41,802 nt of DNA from a virus (IMGVR_UViG_2541047852_000009); one strand, 5' to 3'. Shown: positions 28,213 to 37,189, counted from the first letter of the stretch. A program made the numbers and translations. Notes: generated by a model from the sequence alone, not told the origin.

Positions 28213-28491
28213 TCATCCGTTCTGGCTGACTAAATCCTGTACTTCCCGAACCGTCTGCTCAAAACGTTCAGTCTCCAGCTCAACGCCAATTGCACGACGC
28301 CCGAGCGCCAGTGCCGCTTTCACTGTCGAACCCGACCCCATGAAAAAATCTGCAATCAGGTCACCCGGACGACTGCTAGCGCTGATTATCTGCTGCAGCA
28401 TTTCTGCCGGTTTTTCGCACGGATGTTTCCCGGGATAGAACTGCACCGGTTTATGCGTCCAGACATCGGTATACGGCACCTGCGCCGTCAC
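28213..28491 (-). pseudogene. Remnant of a DNA methyltransferase (C-terminal ~92 aa only)
   Basis: Translation contains the methyltransferase motif DLIADFFMGSGSTVKAALALGRRAIGVE; no N-terminal domain; a terminator hairpin lies in the upstream in-frame region. Confidence 0.45.
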
Positions 28492-28549
28492 GCCAAAATA
28501 CCGCCGCAGTCGGCATTCACAACCACCAGCGCATTTAACGTTCAGCCAT

Positions 28550-28574
28550 AAAAAAACCCGCTCGCGGCGGGTTT
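28550..28574 (-). terminator. Rho-independent terminator ~70-90 nt downstream of Q (tR'-like)
   Basis: Minus strand reads aaacccgccgcgagcgggttttttta; fits the short terminated late-leader transcript of lambdoid phages. Confidence 0.55.
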
Positions 28575-28642
28575 AAGCTGTGTGGCGAAGTAACCACTCT
28601 TAACATACTGACATACTTTTTGCGGACCGCACTAATCATTTT

Positions 28643-29023
28643 TTACTTTTTTAGCAGCCAGTCGTCCATCTCCAGTCTTACCCCCAGCACAGACAAACAT
28701 CCGTCAATAAACCCTTCGGCTATCTGCATCTCAATTCGTATTGCTTTTTCGCTTTTCTTTCTCGTCCTGGCTATCTGTCTTTTTGATATTCGCAACAAAT
28801 AATGAGCAATGAGAAGCGAATACTCCTCAGGTTTTTTCTGCTTCAGACGAGCAAGACAGTTTTCAATGATAAGTCCGTCATCATCGCAGCAGGCCGGACG
28901 TGGTTTAGTGGCAGATGGTAAAAGTCCTTTGAATCCGGCAGCGATCGGAGAATAGTCCACCCCGGTGTTACCACTTGCCGCCCATGCCCCCCAGCGTTCA
29001 AGAACCATCTGAATATCACGCAT
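28643..29023 (-). CDS. Q: Late antiterminator Q (phage 21 / 933W type)
   Basis: Starts MRDIQMVLERWGAWAA...IAAGFKGL...CCDDD, matching Stx-phage Q as recalled; start at internal Met 29023. Confidence 0.8.
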   Translation of the reverse strand: MRDIQMVLERWGAWAASGNTGVDYSPIAAGFKGLLPSATKPRPACCDDDGLIIENCLARLKQKKPEEYSLLIAHYLLRISKRQIARTRKKSEKAIRIEMQIAEGFIDGCLSVLGVRLEMDDWLLKK

Positions 29024-29040
29024 CAACTTTCTCCACAAAA

Positions 29041-30030
29041 TCAGGACAGCACACCAATCGCCAGCGCGCGATCGATAAAACGAAATATCAGCTCCAGTTG
29101 GGAACCATACTTCTCTTCAAATGCCACGGTATCCGCATGCAGTTCGTCATGGTGTTTTCTGCACAAAGGCAACACAAAAAGGTCATGCGCTTTTGTACCC
29201 ATTCCACCCTGACCATGACCAATCAGGTGATGAGGATCGTCGGCTGGCTTACCACAACATGCACACGGCTGCGTCTTAACCCAGCGCGTGTACTTTTCAT
29301 TAACCCAGCGACGACGTTTTGGGCGTAACATAAAAGACTCCGGCGACTCCGGATCCACTTTCAGCGCCAGCACCTTTTTCGCCTTATCCTGGATGATGCT
29401 GGTGGCAGTAACCGAAGGCACAAGGTCACTTTCCCGGGTGACAGACGGCACAACAGGCTTCGGTAATCTCAGTGCCTTACGGGCTGCACTTTCCGGTAAG
29501 GCATCCGCCAGGTCATTACGAATCAGCCACCAGCACAGTTCCGGCATTGTCACAACGTGACTGTCATCAAAACCAAGATCACAGCGCACAACAGATAACA
29601 CCCAGCGGGCACAGTTATCCGTTGCCATTGATTCCAGCCGTTCCGTGAACTGGTCACGGAGAAGATTGTCACAGTGCCAGCACAGACGGATTGCGCCTGG
29701 CGCGTGCCGCATTGTGGTCATGTTCTCGCTGTGCCAGTCGGAATGAGGCCACTGACAGCCCTTTTCACGAAGTAACCAGCTCTCAAGGCATTCCACGCCA
29801 CCAGCACGACGGATCACCGCCTCATGGCGGAACACGGCCCGAACGGCAGGATCATCCGCCAGCGGTTGTGATGCTGCCGGAACGGCACCACTGGCAAAAG
29901 ATGAATAACGTTCCGGCTCAGGCTCCAGCAGGACACGCCCCTGCATAAACAGGGGCATCAGCTCTGAACCGGGTCTGAACAAGACGATCCCCATACGCGG
30001 GGCTATTTCAGGGGTCAGCAGTGCTCTCAA
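29041..30030 (-). CDS. DUF968-type protein (Cys/His-rich C-terminal domain)
   Basis: 329 aa; C-terminus CACCGK...HHLIGHGQGGMGTKAHD...CRKHHDELH; found upstream of Q in lambdoid phages. Confidence 0.55.
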   Translation of the reverse strand: MRALLTPEIAPRMGIVLFRPGSELMPLFMQGRVLLEPEPERYSSFASGAVPAASQPLADDPAVRAVFRHEAVIRRAGGVECLESWLLREKGCQWPHSDWHSENMTTMRHAPGAIRLCWHCDNLLRDQFTERLESMATDNCARWVLSVVRCDLGFDDSHVVTMPELCWWLIRNDLADALPESAARKALRLPKPVVPSVTRESDLVPSVTATSIIQDKAKKVLALKVDPESPESFMLRPKRRRWVNEKYTRWVKTQPCACCGKPADDPHHLIGHGQGGMGTKAHDLFVLPLCRKHHDELHADTVAFEEKYGSQLELIFRFIDRALAIGVLS

Positions 30031-30039
30031 CGTAGAACC

Positions 30040-30555
30040 TCACAGCACAATCTGTTTCAGTTTCTGTACCGCTTTCCCCATATCCGCCATAGCATCAACA
30101 AACTCATCAAATTTACGACTTGCCATTCCATACGCCTGGAGGATTTCCAGTTTCAGAGGATCCAGTTGCTTTTTAATTTCCGCACGATCATTAAATTTCT
30201 TCTCTGCTTCTTCCGCAGCCCTGATCAGCTCCTCAGCATGCCTGCGTAATTCATCCGGAGTAACGGTCTTTTTAATCACAACGGGTTCCTCTGTTTTTAC
30301 TGGTATTTCACTATTTACTGCCTGATGTCCAAATTTAGGATGATGTAACGTTGTAGTTCTTCCATCATTCGCAACGACCAGAAGTCCACTGTCGCGGATA
30401 ATGCCAATGAGTATCTCCTTATCCCTTTTATTCAGTAGACTGTACGCCTGCACTTTCTGTGATATCTGGGTCAGTGTTGCGCCTTCCGGCATTCGTTCAA
30501 CAAAACGTTTAACCCTGGATAAAACTGGCTGCAGATGGGGTGGTGTAATTCTCAT
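30040..30555 (-). CDS. Hypothetical protein (N-terminal wHTH-like, C-terminal coiled coil)
   Basis: 171-aa ORF; composition only. Confidence 0.4.
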   Translation of the reverse strand: MRITPPHLQPVLSRVKRFVERMPEGATLTQISQKVQAYSLLNKRDKEILIGIIRDSGLLVVANDGRTTTLHHPKFGHQAVNSEIPVKTEEPVVIKKTVTPDELRRHAEELIRAAEEAEKKFNDRAEIKKQLDPLKLEILQAYGMASRKFDEFVDAMADMGKAVQKLKQIVL

Positions 30556-30570
30556 GCTCCACGCCTCCCA

Positions 30571-31368
30571 TCAGTGAACGGTATCGAGCAGCTTTAACAG
30601 CTCAGGGAATCGGGATTCGAAGAAATGCGGCTGCGTCTCGCGCGGATTTGCAGGACTGGTGATGTTCTTGCCGAACATGCAGCCTTTCGCCGTCAGCGAC
30701 CAGAATTTTTTGATGTTGTTAATCCCGGTACGGCTGTATCGTTCGCGCTGCTCGACGATCCCCAGCTTCACCATCTGGTGATATGCCTGATTAGCCGTCA
30801 GGCGGATACCATACTGCTTCAGCAGTGCACTCAGTGACAGCGTAGGGCGACTTGAGCCATCGGGTGCATCGGCAGGAGCATCAATGGCATAGCGCGGTGC
30901 CAGATTCGGTAAGCCAACAGCCTCCTGGAGTTTCTGACAGGCACCAAGCACAGATGAGTTAGACAGGTTTAACTCCCGACGCATAAAGTCCAGCAGAATC
31001 ACACCAGCCTGCATCTTGTCAGCAGCCTGCCCGGATAATTTTTCCGGTGCGCTGGTTACCGTATCGAAAGTACGGATCACCTTCAGATGGAATGACGGAC
31101 TGATCCACATTGCATAGGCATACACCAGTTCTTTGCAGACATACGTCCCCTGGTTATTTCCGCCACGAATAACGTTAACTGGCTCTATATTGACCGAGTT
31201 GCAAATCTGCAACTCGCTTATTAAATGTTCAGTTTGCTCATTGCGGAGCCAGAATGCAGGCTTATGCTTATCCAGAGAACCGGCAGCCCTGTGAAGATCG
31301 TTCAGGCTGTAACGACCATAAGCATCACGACGAACTTCAATACCATCAATGACCATCAGATTATTCAT
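30571..31368 (-). CDS. KilA-N domain protein (antirepressor-like)
   Basis: N-terminus MNNLMVIDGIEVRRDAYGRYSLNDLHRAAG...KPAFWL typical of the KilA-N domain. Confidence 0.6.
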   Translation of the reverse strand: MNNLMVIDGIEVRRDAYGRYSLNDLHRAAGSLDKHKPAFWLRNEQTEHLISELQICNSVNIEPVNVIRGGNNQGTYVCKELVYAYAMWISPSFHLKVIRTFDTVTSAPEKLSGQAADKMQAGVILLDFMRRELNLSNSSVLGACQKLQEAVGLPNLAPRYAIDAPADAPDGSSRPTLSLSALLKQYGIRLTANQAYHQMVKLGIVEQRERYSRTGINNIKKFWSLTAKGCMFGKNITSPANPRETQPHFFESRFPELLKLLDTVH

Positions 31369-31387
31369 ACTTCGTTTCTCCTCTTAA

Positions 31388-31777
31388 TCAGGCGGCTGCA
31401 CCCGCCGGTTTCTCATACTTACTGATAGTGATCTCGACCTTCCCTTTCGGGATAACCGGTCCCCACTCAACCAGCATTCTTTTCACCTGACTGTCGTCCT
31501 CCCACACACCCGCGTGGGTCAGGGCGTCAAACAGCGCCTTGTTATAGTTGTCCAGATCGCGGATCCGGTTATCCGGAGGAAACAACACGATCTCCACTGA
31601 AGCAGGTGCCGACGTTGGTTTTGGCAGACGACGTAACTGCTCAACTATTGCTGCACACGCCGCGCTCTGGAATTTTCGCCCCGCCGCGCTTATCAGGCTC
31701 TTACCAGCAAACGCCCCTTTGTTGGGGTGTCGCCAGTACGTGTTCACGCTGGGCGGGAAAGGCAGGATCAGCTTCAT
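31388..31777 (-). CDS. rusA: Holliday-junction resolvase RusA
   Basis: 129 aa; PPSVNTYWRH and DLDNYNKALFDALTHAGVWEDDSQV resemble the RusA family. Confidence 0.75.
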   Translation of the reverse strand: MKLILPFPPSVNTYWRHPNKGAFAGKSLISAAGRKFQSAACAAIVEQLRRLPKPTSAPASVEIVLFPPDNRIRDLDNYNKALFDALTHAGVWEDDSQVKRMLVEWGPVIPKGKVEITISKYEKPAGAAA

Positions 31778-32100
31778 ACTTTCAGGCCTCTCTCATGTAA
31801 CCAGTGAGTTGCACACAGCCTTGCGTTTTCCTCACCGGCAAGCAGTGAGCGGATAATCCCGACCGCCTCGCTGTCGTCGTCCTTCACCGCGGTATGAAGC
31901 GTGATCCCCCGGGCCACACCACGCTTTATCGTGATGACGCCTTTTTTCTCCAGTGCGCGAAGATGCTCCACCGCTGCATTCACCGAACGGTATCCCAGCA
32001 TGGTTGCCACCTCCTGATTGGTTGGCGGGAAGCCACGTTCTTTCTGATAAGAAATCAGCATATCCAGCACCTGCTGCTGGCATTGAGTTAACGTCGTCAT
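31774..32100 (-). CDS. LexA-type DNA-binding domain protein lacking the S24 autopeptidase domain
   Basis: 108 aa; clear similarity to the LexA N-terminal wHTH (LT..QQ.V.D.I......G.PPT..E.A..LG.RS.NAA.EHL.AL..KGVI.I..G..RGI.L); no Ala-Gly cleavage site or Ser/Lys dyad region. Confidence 0.55.
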   Translation of the reverse strand: MTTLTQCQQQVLDMLISYQKERGFPPTNQEVATMLGYRSVNAAVEHLRALEKKGVITIKRGVARGITLHTAVKDDDSEAVGIIRSLLAGEENARLCATHWLHERGLKV

Positions 32101-32750
32101 GCCGCCATCTCCCTGACCAGTTTTTCCGCCTGCTGGCGAACCTGCGCCAGAAACGCCTCACCACATGCCTCAAGTTCATCGCGCCCGATGTAGCTGATTG
32201 CCGGTCCCTTCCAGGTCTTGTCGAAAACAGCAATAGCACCAGCGAAGAAAGCGCCTGTCGGCACCTGCTTCTCATCCTTCGGGATAAACCAGGCAGGCAG
32301 TTCAAAACCAATACGCCCGCGAATAAAAGCAATATGATCTGCATCTTCCGGCCACCACACTTCGCTGGTGGCAGCTTTGATCAGGAAAACATAGCGCCCG
32401 CCTTTATCACGCATGGCACTGGCATGCTTCATGATGTAACGCATGCCGGTGATGTATTGCCCCTCATGCTGACTGGCGCGGCTGTATGGGGGATTACCAA
32501 AGGCAGCACCTTTAAGCTCCGCAAGGCGTTCTGACCAGTCATGCGCCAACGCGTTGTCTTCCGCCGTGTAATACGCAGCACATTTGGCGTTATCACCGTC
32601 AGTAAACAGATCCAGAACAAACGGGCCAAACAGAGTGTTAATTCCCCAGAAAATGTTGTCCGGCGTGCGCCACTGATCGCCCGCTTCCTTCAGTTCATGG
32701 GCTGGTTTGTTCCGCAGTTCCGCCAGCGCCTGGCAATATTTATTACTCAT
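32097..32750 (-). CDS. Phage N6-adenine DNA methyltransferase (orphan)
   Basis: Catalytic motif FGNPPYS; start ATG 32750 overlaps the upstream stop (TAATG); the listed ORF has an 11-aa N-terminal extension. Confidence 0.7.
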   Translation of the reverse strand: MSNKYCQALAELRNKPAHELKEAGDQWRTPDNIFWGINTLFGPFVLDLFTDGDNAKCAAYYTAEDNALAHDWSERLAELKGAAFGNPPYSRASQHEGQYITGMRYIMKHASAMRDKGGRYVFLIKAATSEVWWPEDADHIAFIRGRIGFELPAWFIPKDEKQVPTGAFFAGAIAVFDKTWKGPAISYIGRDELEACGEAFLAQVRQQAEKLVREMAA

Positions 32751-33244
32751 TAAGCCCCCACGTAATTCCCTGAGAGATACCACTCTTCACCTGATGCAGC
32801 CCGCTTACTGCTTTTCCGTAAACACCGTTCACGACGCGCCAGAAAATTGTTTCGTTCTGGCTGGGAGTGGCTTTCACGGAATGCCGCCATCCACACCGTT
32901 GCAGCACGACGGTATAAGCCCCTGGACTCCAGTTCTTCCGCCTGGCGGGTCAGGCACAAAATCACCCGCGGGTCGTTAGTGCCGACATAGAAATTGCGCA
33001 CAGGTCTGGTTTCACGAACTGGTTGTGGTTCCGGATCCTGCGCTCTCTCAGTCAGGCGTGGGAAATGTCTGCGTGTATCTCCTTCACAACGGTGAGCCAC
33101 ACGCCCACTCTGACGTAACTTGCTTGCTGACTGCAGAACGCGCTGCCGTGAGTAACCAGCAAAAGCATCCGCAATGTCTCCGGAAGTACACCCCGGATGG
33201 GCTTCAATGAATTTCTGAACGTCATTCAAAAGACTCATGCTCAC
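32750..33244 (-). CDS. PerC-like transcriptional regulator (tentative)
   Basis: C-terminal AEELESRGLYRRAATVWMAAF resembles the PerC/Pch signature as recalled. Confidence 0.35.
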   Translation of the reverse strand: MSMSLLNDVQKFIEAHPGCTSGDIADAFAGYSRQRVLQSASKLRQSGRVAHRCEGDTRRHFPRLTERAQDPEPQPVRETRPVRNFYVGTNDPRVILCLTRQAEELESRGLYRRAATVWMAAFRESHSQPERNNFLARRERCLRKSSKRAASGEEWYLSGNYVGA

Positions 33245-34236
33245 CCCCTGAATCCTGCCGGGATCTGGCTGTAGTCCACGTTGTCGTAACTGGCTTTGAA
33301 GTACGGGTCCTCGCGTCTGACTGCAGATACCGCAGGAACTTCCCAGGATTCTTCGAAATGACGATCCGGACCAAAGAACGTCGACGCCTGCTTCACGAAC
33401 TGGGTACCGGTATTTCCAGAGACACGCACCCAGGCGGCATAGCGTTTCACACCGTCGAGCATGGTTTCGGGTGTCACACCTTCCCTGATTCGGGCTTTCC
33501 AGGCTTTAAAAGCGGCGGATTTTGAATTACCACCAGCACGTTTGGGATATTCCTGCCAGGCCTGTTCAAATTCCGGTGAATATTCCTGTCTGGCAGAACG
33601 CGCTGGTGCAGACGCGTCAGCGGATGCGCCAATAGTGTTTTTAGTCTCCGTTGTAATCTCTGTAGTAATCTCTGTAGTAATCTCTGTATTTGTATCAACA
33701 TTCGGCGTATCCCCTGTTCCGTTATGACGTCGGGGGGTGTTCCGTTTTAACGTAATAGCTGTATCGCTGATTGCATTATTGCTGTTACTTTCTGGCGAAA
33801 CAGAAGAAGGTGTGGTGATGGCCGCAATTGCCTGTGGGTTGATCCCGACAAACAAAATATTGCTGCATTTCACCCCATCGAGCATTTCCACCGTGCGTAA
33901 ATCCAGAGTAATAAACCCTGCATCGCGCAGACGCTTCAGCGCATCTGCGGTTTCCCTTTTCCCGAAACCAAACTGCTCAGCAAACGCCTGGTAGCTTCTT
34001 TGCAGTTTGTCGCCCTGAAAACGCTTGCGATATCCCAGCAACGCTCCGGTGTGCTCATCCCTGACCTCTGTCGGGCGGTACCAGTAAACGATCTCTGAAA
34101 GCAGAGCGATAGCCGTCGCATCCGGACGCCCACTGGGTAGTCGAATATATTTCCACCAGGTCGCAGGTGTAACATTGCCGGAAATATTAATTTGACCAAT
34201 AGCCATAACTTCCGGTGTGGGGGCGTAACGGCTCAT
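33241..34236 (-). CDS. Replication initiation protein, O-like (replisome organiser), with internal origin iterons
   Basis: 331 aa; central EITT x4 repeat encoded by tandem 12-bp DNA repeats; C-terminal domain typical of phage replication proteins. Confidence 0.6.
   Translation of the reverse strand: MSRYAPTPEVMAIGQINISGNVTPATWWKYIRLPSGRPDATAIALLSEIVYWYRPTEVRDEHTGALLGYRKRFQGDKLQRSYQAFAEQFGFGKRETADALKRLRDAGFITLDLRTVEMLDGVKCSNILFVGINPQAIAAITTPSSVSPESNSNNAISDTAITLKRNTPRRHNGTGDTPNVDTNTEITTEITTEITTETKNTIGASADASAPARSARQEYSPEFEQAWQEYPKRAGGNSKSAAFKAWKARIREGVTPETMLDGVKRYAAWVRVSGNTGTQFVKQASTFFGPDRHFEESWEVPAVSAVRREDPYFKASYDNVDYSQIPAGFRG
33661..33696. repeat. Three perfect tandem copies of GTAATCTCTGTA inside the O-like gene (candidate ori iterons)
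   Basis: Direct reading: gtaatctctgta x3, preceded by a partial copy and followed by an AT-richer stretch. Confidence 0.55.
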
Positions 34237-34532
34237 ACAACCTCCTTCCGCAGCATGAGAATTGTGTAGCCACGCGCAGGTTGTAGTCTGGCTTTTGCAT
34301 CAATAGTAAGCGTTGCAATTTTTCGGATATGAAGATAACCAGCTCTTTCCAGTGCCAGGGTTTCCCTGAATATCGCTTGCTTAGAACAACAGCAGAAATC
34401 AGCAAGCACCTGATGATCAATAACTCTCTCGCCTTCACCGTCTGAAGAACCCGACATCAAAACACGCAACATAATCAGGCGCTGAATCGGGTTATCGAAA
34501 GCACATCCGCACACAAACTGAAAACAGTTCAC
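34233..34532 (-). CDS. Hypothetical protein (possible wHTH)
   Basis: 99-aa ORF with 4-nt overlaps to both neighbours. Confidence 0.35.
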   Translation of the reverse strand: MNCFQFVCGCAFDNPIQRLIMLRVLMSGSSDGEGERVIDHQVLADFCCCSKQAIFRETLALERAGYLHIRKIATLTIDAKARLQPARGYTILMLRKEVV

Positions 34533-34765
34533 GCCACACCTCCCAGACGCTTAAACATTTTTCCGGAGCAAAAGGCTATAAGCGGCATACTGACGCGGTA
34601 ATTACGGCCCAGCGGTTCACAAACCACCTTCTGACATTCACGGTCAACCAGGCTAACACGTAGAACATGCCCTGCAGGCGTGGTGTACCACTGCCCAACT
34701 GTAGGAATTGATGTTTTTTTACGCTGAAGAAAACGGCAAATATTGAGAATCAACGGATTAAGCAT
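34529..34765 (-). CDS. Hypothetical protein
   Basis: 78-aa ORF, translationally coupled within the early-right operon. Confidence 0.35.
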   Translation of the reverse strand: MLNPLILNICRFLQRKKTSIPTVGQWYTTPAGHVLRVSLVDRECQKVVCEPLGRNYRVSMPLIAFCSGKMFKRLGGVA

Positions 34766-35594
34766 GACGATGCCCTCCGCTGATATTAAGGAGACGGTGA
34801 ATATGAAAATTAGCCTTATCCGCCAGACGAATACGTTCAGCCTGCAAGTTAAGAAGGGTTTCTACCAGAACCTGATGTGCCTGCGGATCCGAAAGAGTTA
34901 CCTTGCGCAGAGCACGTAGTGCAGTTGTTACATAACTGAGTTTATGTAAGTCGTCATCATTCAGACGAGAGAGGGCTGGGACAGTAGCCATGATGGCAGC
35001 CTCCGTATGCAATGGATAACTTCCACCACCGGAAACGCCAATTTCGCTGGTGGTGAACTGAGCAGGGTTGGCGTAACCGGCGCATACGGAAACCGGCGCA
35101 CCTTTCGGTGCCCCCACCCAGCCCACCATAATTTGGGTATAGCTGAGTTGTAGCAACAAAAAAGACGCTAACGCGCCAATTGTCGCCGTATGCAATTCCA
35201 GGACGCCAATCCCGGCACCCGCTTTATAAGGTGCCTGAACAGTGTAACGTCCCGGAATGGCAGAATCAATGTGCTGGTGGTCCTTCACACTCAACAAAAT
35301 CACGCCTGAATTTCCACAAAGGACTAAAGCACTCATGCGGGTAGTCTTTGCGAAGATAGATAACGCGCTGTGTTTCTGGCTCCCAACGAATAACATGGAC
35401 ATAAAGCCCTCTTCCGTCACGAAACCAGCGGTTAAGTTCCTGCACAACTCGCCCCCCACAGTCAGGTAAAGTTCTCTGTGGTTACTTACAGCCAGGTGAT
35501 TTGGTAATCTGCATTCATGCCGTAACAACAGGTGTTCAGCGACACTGACCACCAGCTGTTGCGACAAACGATTATTTGCCGTTAAACTGTTCAT
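34758..35594 (-). CDS. Conserved prophage protein (YdaU-like, tentative)
   Basis: 278-aa ORF directly downstream of the cII/YdaT-like gene, the position YdaU holds in Rac; no recognisable motif. Confidence 0.35.
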   Translation of the reverse strand: MNSLTANNRLSQQLVVSVAEHLLLRHECRLPNHLAVSNHRELYLTVGGELCRNLTAGFVTEEGFMSMLFVGSQKHSALSIFAKTTRMSALVLCGNSGVILLSVKDHQHIDSAIPGRYTVQAPYKAGAGIGVLELHTATIGALASFLLLQLSYTQIMVGWVGAPKGAPVSVCAGYANPAQFTTSEIGVSGGGSYPLHTEAAIMATVPALSRLNDDDLHKLSYVTTALRALRKVTLSDPQAHQVLVETLLNLQAERIRLADKANFHIHRLLNISGGHRHA

Positions 35595-36154
35595 GCGTTA
35601 GTTTCTCCACAGACACAAAACGCCACGACGCCCGGAGCTGCACACTCGCGGGCGTCACTCTTTTCTGGAGCGCAAAAGATTTTGTAGACCAGTGCTGCAT
35701 GCTCCTGGAGCTTCGAAATTGACAGATACAACTCATCATTAATTGCTGTCTGCTCGTGTGGCTCCACTACCCCATCTTCGATTGCCGAACGAATCTGCTT
35801 TGAGTAACTCCCGATCTGTTCGATGACTTCCAGCAGGCGCTGGTTTATATCGGCGTTCTCTACTTCCTCAATTTCAGGAAGCGATACAAACACCCCACCA
35901 GCAGACTGTGCGACAGCATCCGCAATGTAGTGAGTGCCAGCCGCGCGCTGTAAAATCATTGCCCATCCCAGCGGGAAAATCTGATCGCCATCTGCACGAA
36001 GGCGGTTGAATAAAGCGTTCTCTGTTACATCCAGCCACTCAGCAGCTTCAGCGTACCCCCCCGGCAACGCCGCGATAGTTTTTCTGACAGCTTTCACGTA
36101 CCACTCAGGCTGTTTTTCTACTTTCCAGTGATGCTTACCCACGGTTAGCCTCAT
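35591..36154 (-). CDS. cII-like / YdaT-like regulatory protein (tentative)
   Basis: 187-aa ORF immediately downstream of cro; positional analogue of cII. Confidence 0.35.
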   Translation of the reverse strand: MRLTVGKHHWKVEKQPEWYVKAVRKTIAALPGGYAEAAEWLDVTENALFNRLRADGDQIFPLGWAMILQRAAGTHYIADAVAQSAGGVFVSLPEIEEVENADINQRLLEVIEQIGSYSKQIRSAIEDGVVEPHEQTAINDELYLSISKLQEHAALVYKIFCAPEKSDARECAAPGVVAFCVCGETNA

Positions 36155-36185
36155 CGTTCTGTGGTTAAAAATTGAAGGTGTTCTG

Positions 36186-36386
36186 TTAATCTTTCGGATA
36201 GATATCCGGTCTTAAGTCAGATTTCGTAATTGCACCTGACGTGCATTGCTCAAGTTTTTTAGCCAGCACAAAACTGGCTTTTTTATAACCATTGAAAACC
36301 AGCCGTAAGTAGCCTGGTGTTGAGCCAACTTTTCCGGCCAACTCGCCCTGCTGTTCTTTGGTTAAAGAGTCCCAATACGCTTTCAT
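36186..36386 (-). CDS. cro: Cro-like HTH repressor (YdaS-like)
   Basis: 66 aa from ATG 36386 (MKAYWDSLTKEQQGELAGKVGSTPGYL...); divergent from cI; the listed ORF start at 36410 would cover an operator palindrome. Confidence 0.6.
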   Translation of the reverse strand: MKAYWDSLTKEQQGELAGKVGSTPGYLRLVFNGYKKASFVLAKKLEQCTSGAITKSDLRPDIYPKD

Positions 36387-36402
36387 ACAATATGTACCTC
36401 CG

Positions 36403-36460
36403 ATGTACATATTACATGATTAAAATGAACCTTCAAGATACTTGTACCTTAACGGTACAA
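36403..36460. promoter_or_regulatory. Immunity-region operators and divergent promoters
   Basis: Palindromes ATGTAcatatTACAT (36403-36417) and TTGTACCttaacGGTACAA (36442-36460) between the cro and cI starts; outer inverted repeat AATGAA...TTCATT. Confidence 0.45.
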
Positions 36461-36476
36461 GGGTTTTAATTTCATT

Positions 36477-37151
36477 ATGAAAACAGTCCATGACATCCGG
36501 CGGTCTAACGCCAGAAAACTGAGAGATGGTGTTGGCGGGAATTCTTCCTTTGCCACCATGATTGATCGCGAGCCAACCCAGACCAGCAGGTTTATGGGAG
36601 ATGGTGCTACTAAAAATATCGGTGACAGCATGGCACGGCACATCGAAAAATGTTTCGACCTGCCTGTCGGATGGCTTGATCAAGAACACCAGACAACAAA
36701 CATCACAAAAAAACCTGATGTTTCAATTACTAACAAACAAATAACGTTAGTCCCTGTCATATCATGGGTACAGGCCGGAGCATGGAAAGAAGTTGGCTAT
36801 TCTGAGGTTGATTTGAGCACAGCAGAAACTTATCCCTGCCCTGTACCCTGTGGCGAAATGACTTATATCTTGCGGGTGATTGGTGATTCAATGATTGATG
36901 AGTACCGCCCGGGAGACATGATTTTTGTAGATCCTGAAGTCCCTGCCTGCCACGGTGACGACGTTATTGCATTGATGCACGATACAGGCGAAACCACCTT
37001 TAAGCGGTTGATAGAAGATGGAACACAGCGTTACCTCAAAGCATTAAACCCAAACTGGCCTGAACCTTACATTAAGATCAACGGTAATTGCTCTATAATT
37101 GGTACAGTAATTTTCTCAGGAAAACCAAGAAGATACAAAATAAAGGCCTAA
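36477..37151 (+). CDS. cI: cI-type repressor (N-terminal HTH, C-terminal S24 LexA-like autopeptidase)
   Basis: 224 aa; Ala-Gly cleavage site in VQAGAW; catalytic Ser in GDSM and Lys in TFKRL. Confidence 0.85.
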   Translation: MKTVHDIRRSNARKLRDGVGGNSSFATMIDREPTQTSRFMGDGATKNIGDSMARHIEKCFDLPVGWLDQEHQTTNITKKPDVSITNKQITLVPVISWVQAGAWKEVGYSEVDLSTAETYPCPVPCGEMTYILRVIGDSMIDEYRPGDMIFVDPEVPACHGDDVIALMHDTGETTFKRLIEDGTQRYLKALNPNWPEPYIKINGNCSIIGTVIFSGKPRRYKIKA

Positions 37152-37162
37152 TCAATATTTAT

Positions 37163-37186
37163 AACCTGCTTCGGCAGGTTTTTTTA
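37163..37186 (+). terminator. Rho-independent terminator after cI
   Basis: cctgc ttcg gcagg followed by TTTTTTT. Confidence 0.6.
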
Positions 37187-37189
37187 TAC

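Noticed and set aside
33650-33700. Tandem 12-bp repeats considered as a possible CRISPR array
   Set aside because: Only three contiguous copies with no spacers; they lie inside a coding frame (EITT repeats) and fit origin iterons.
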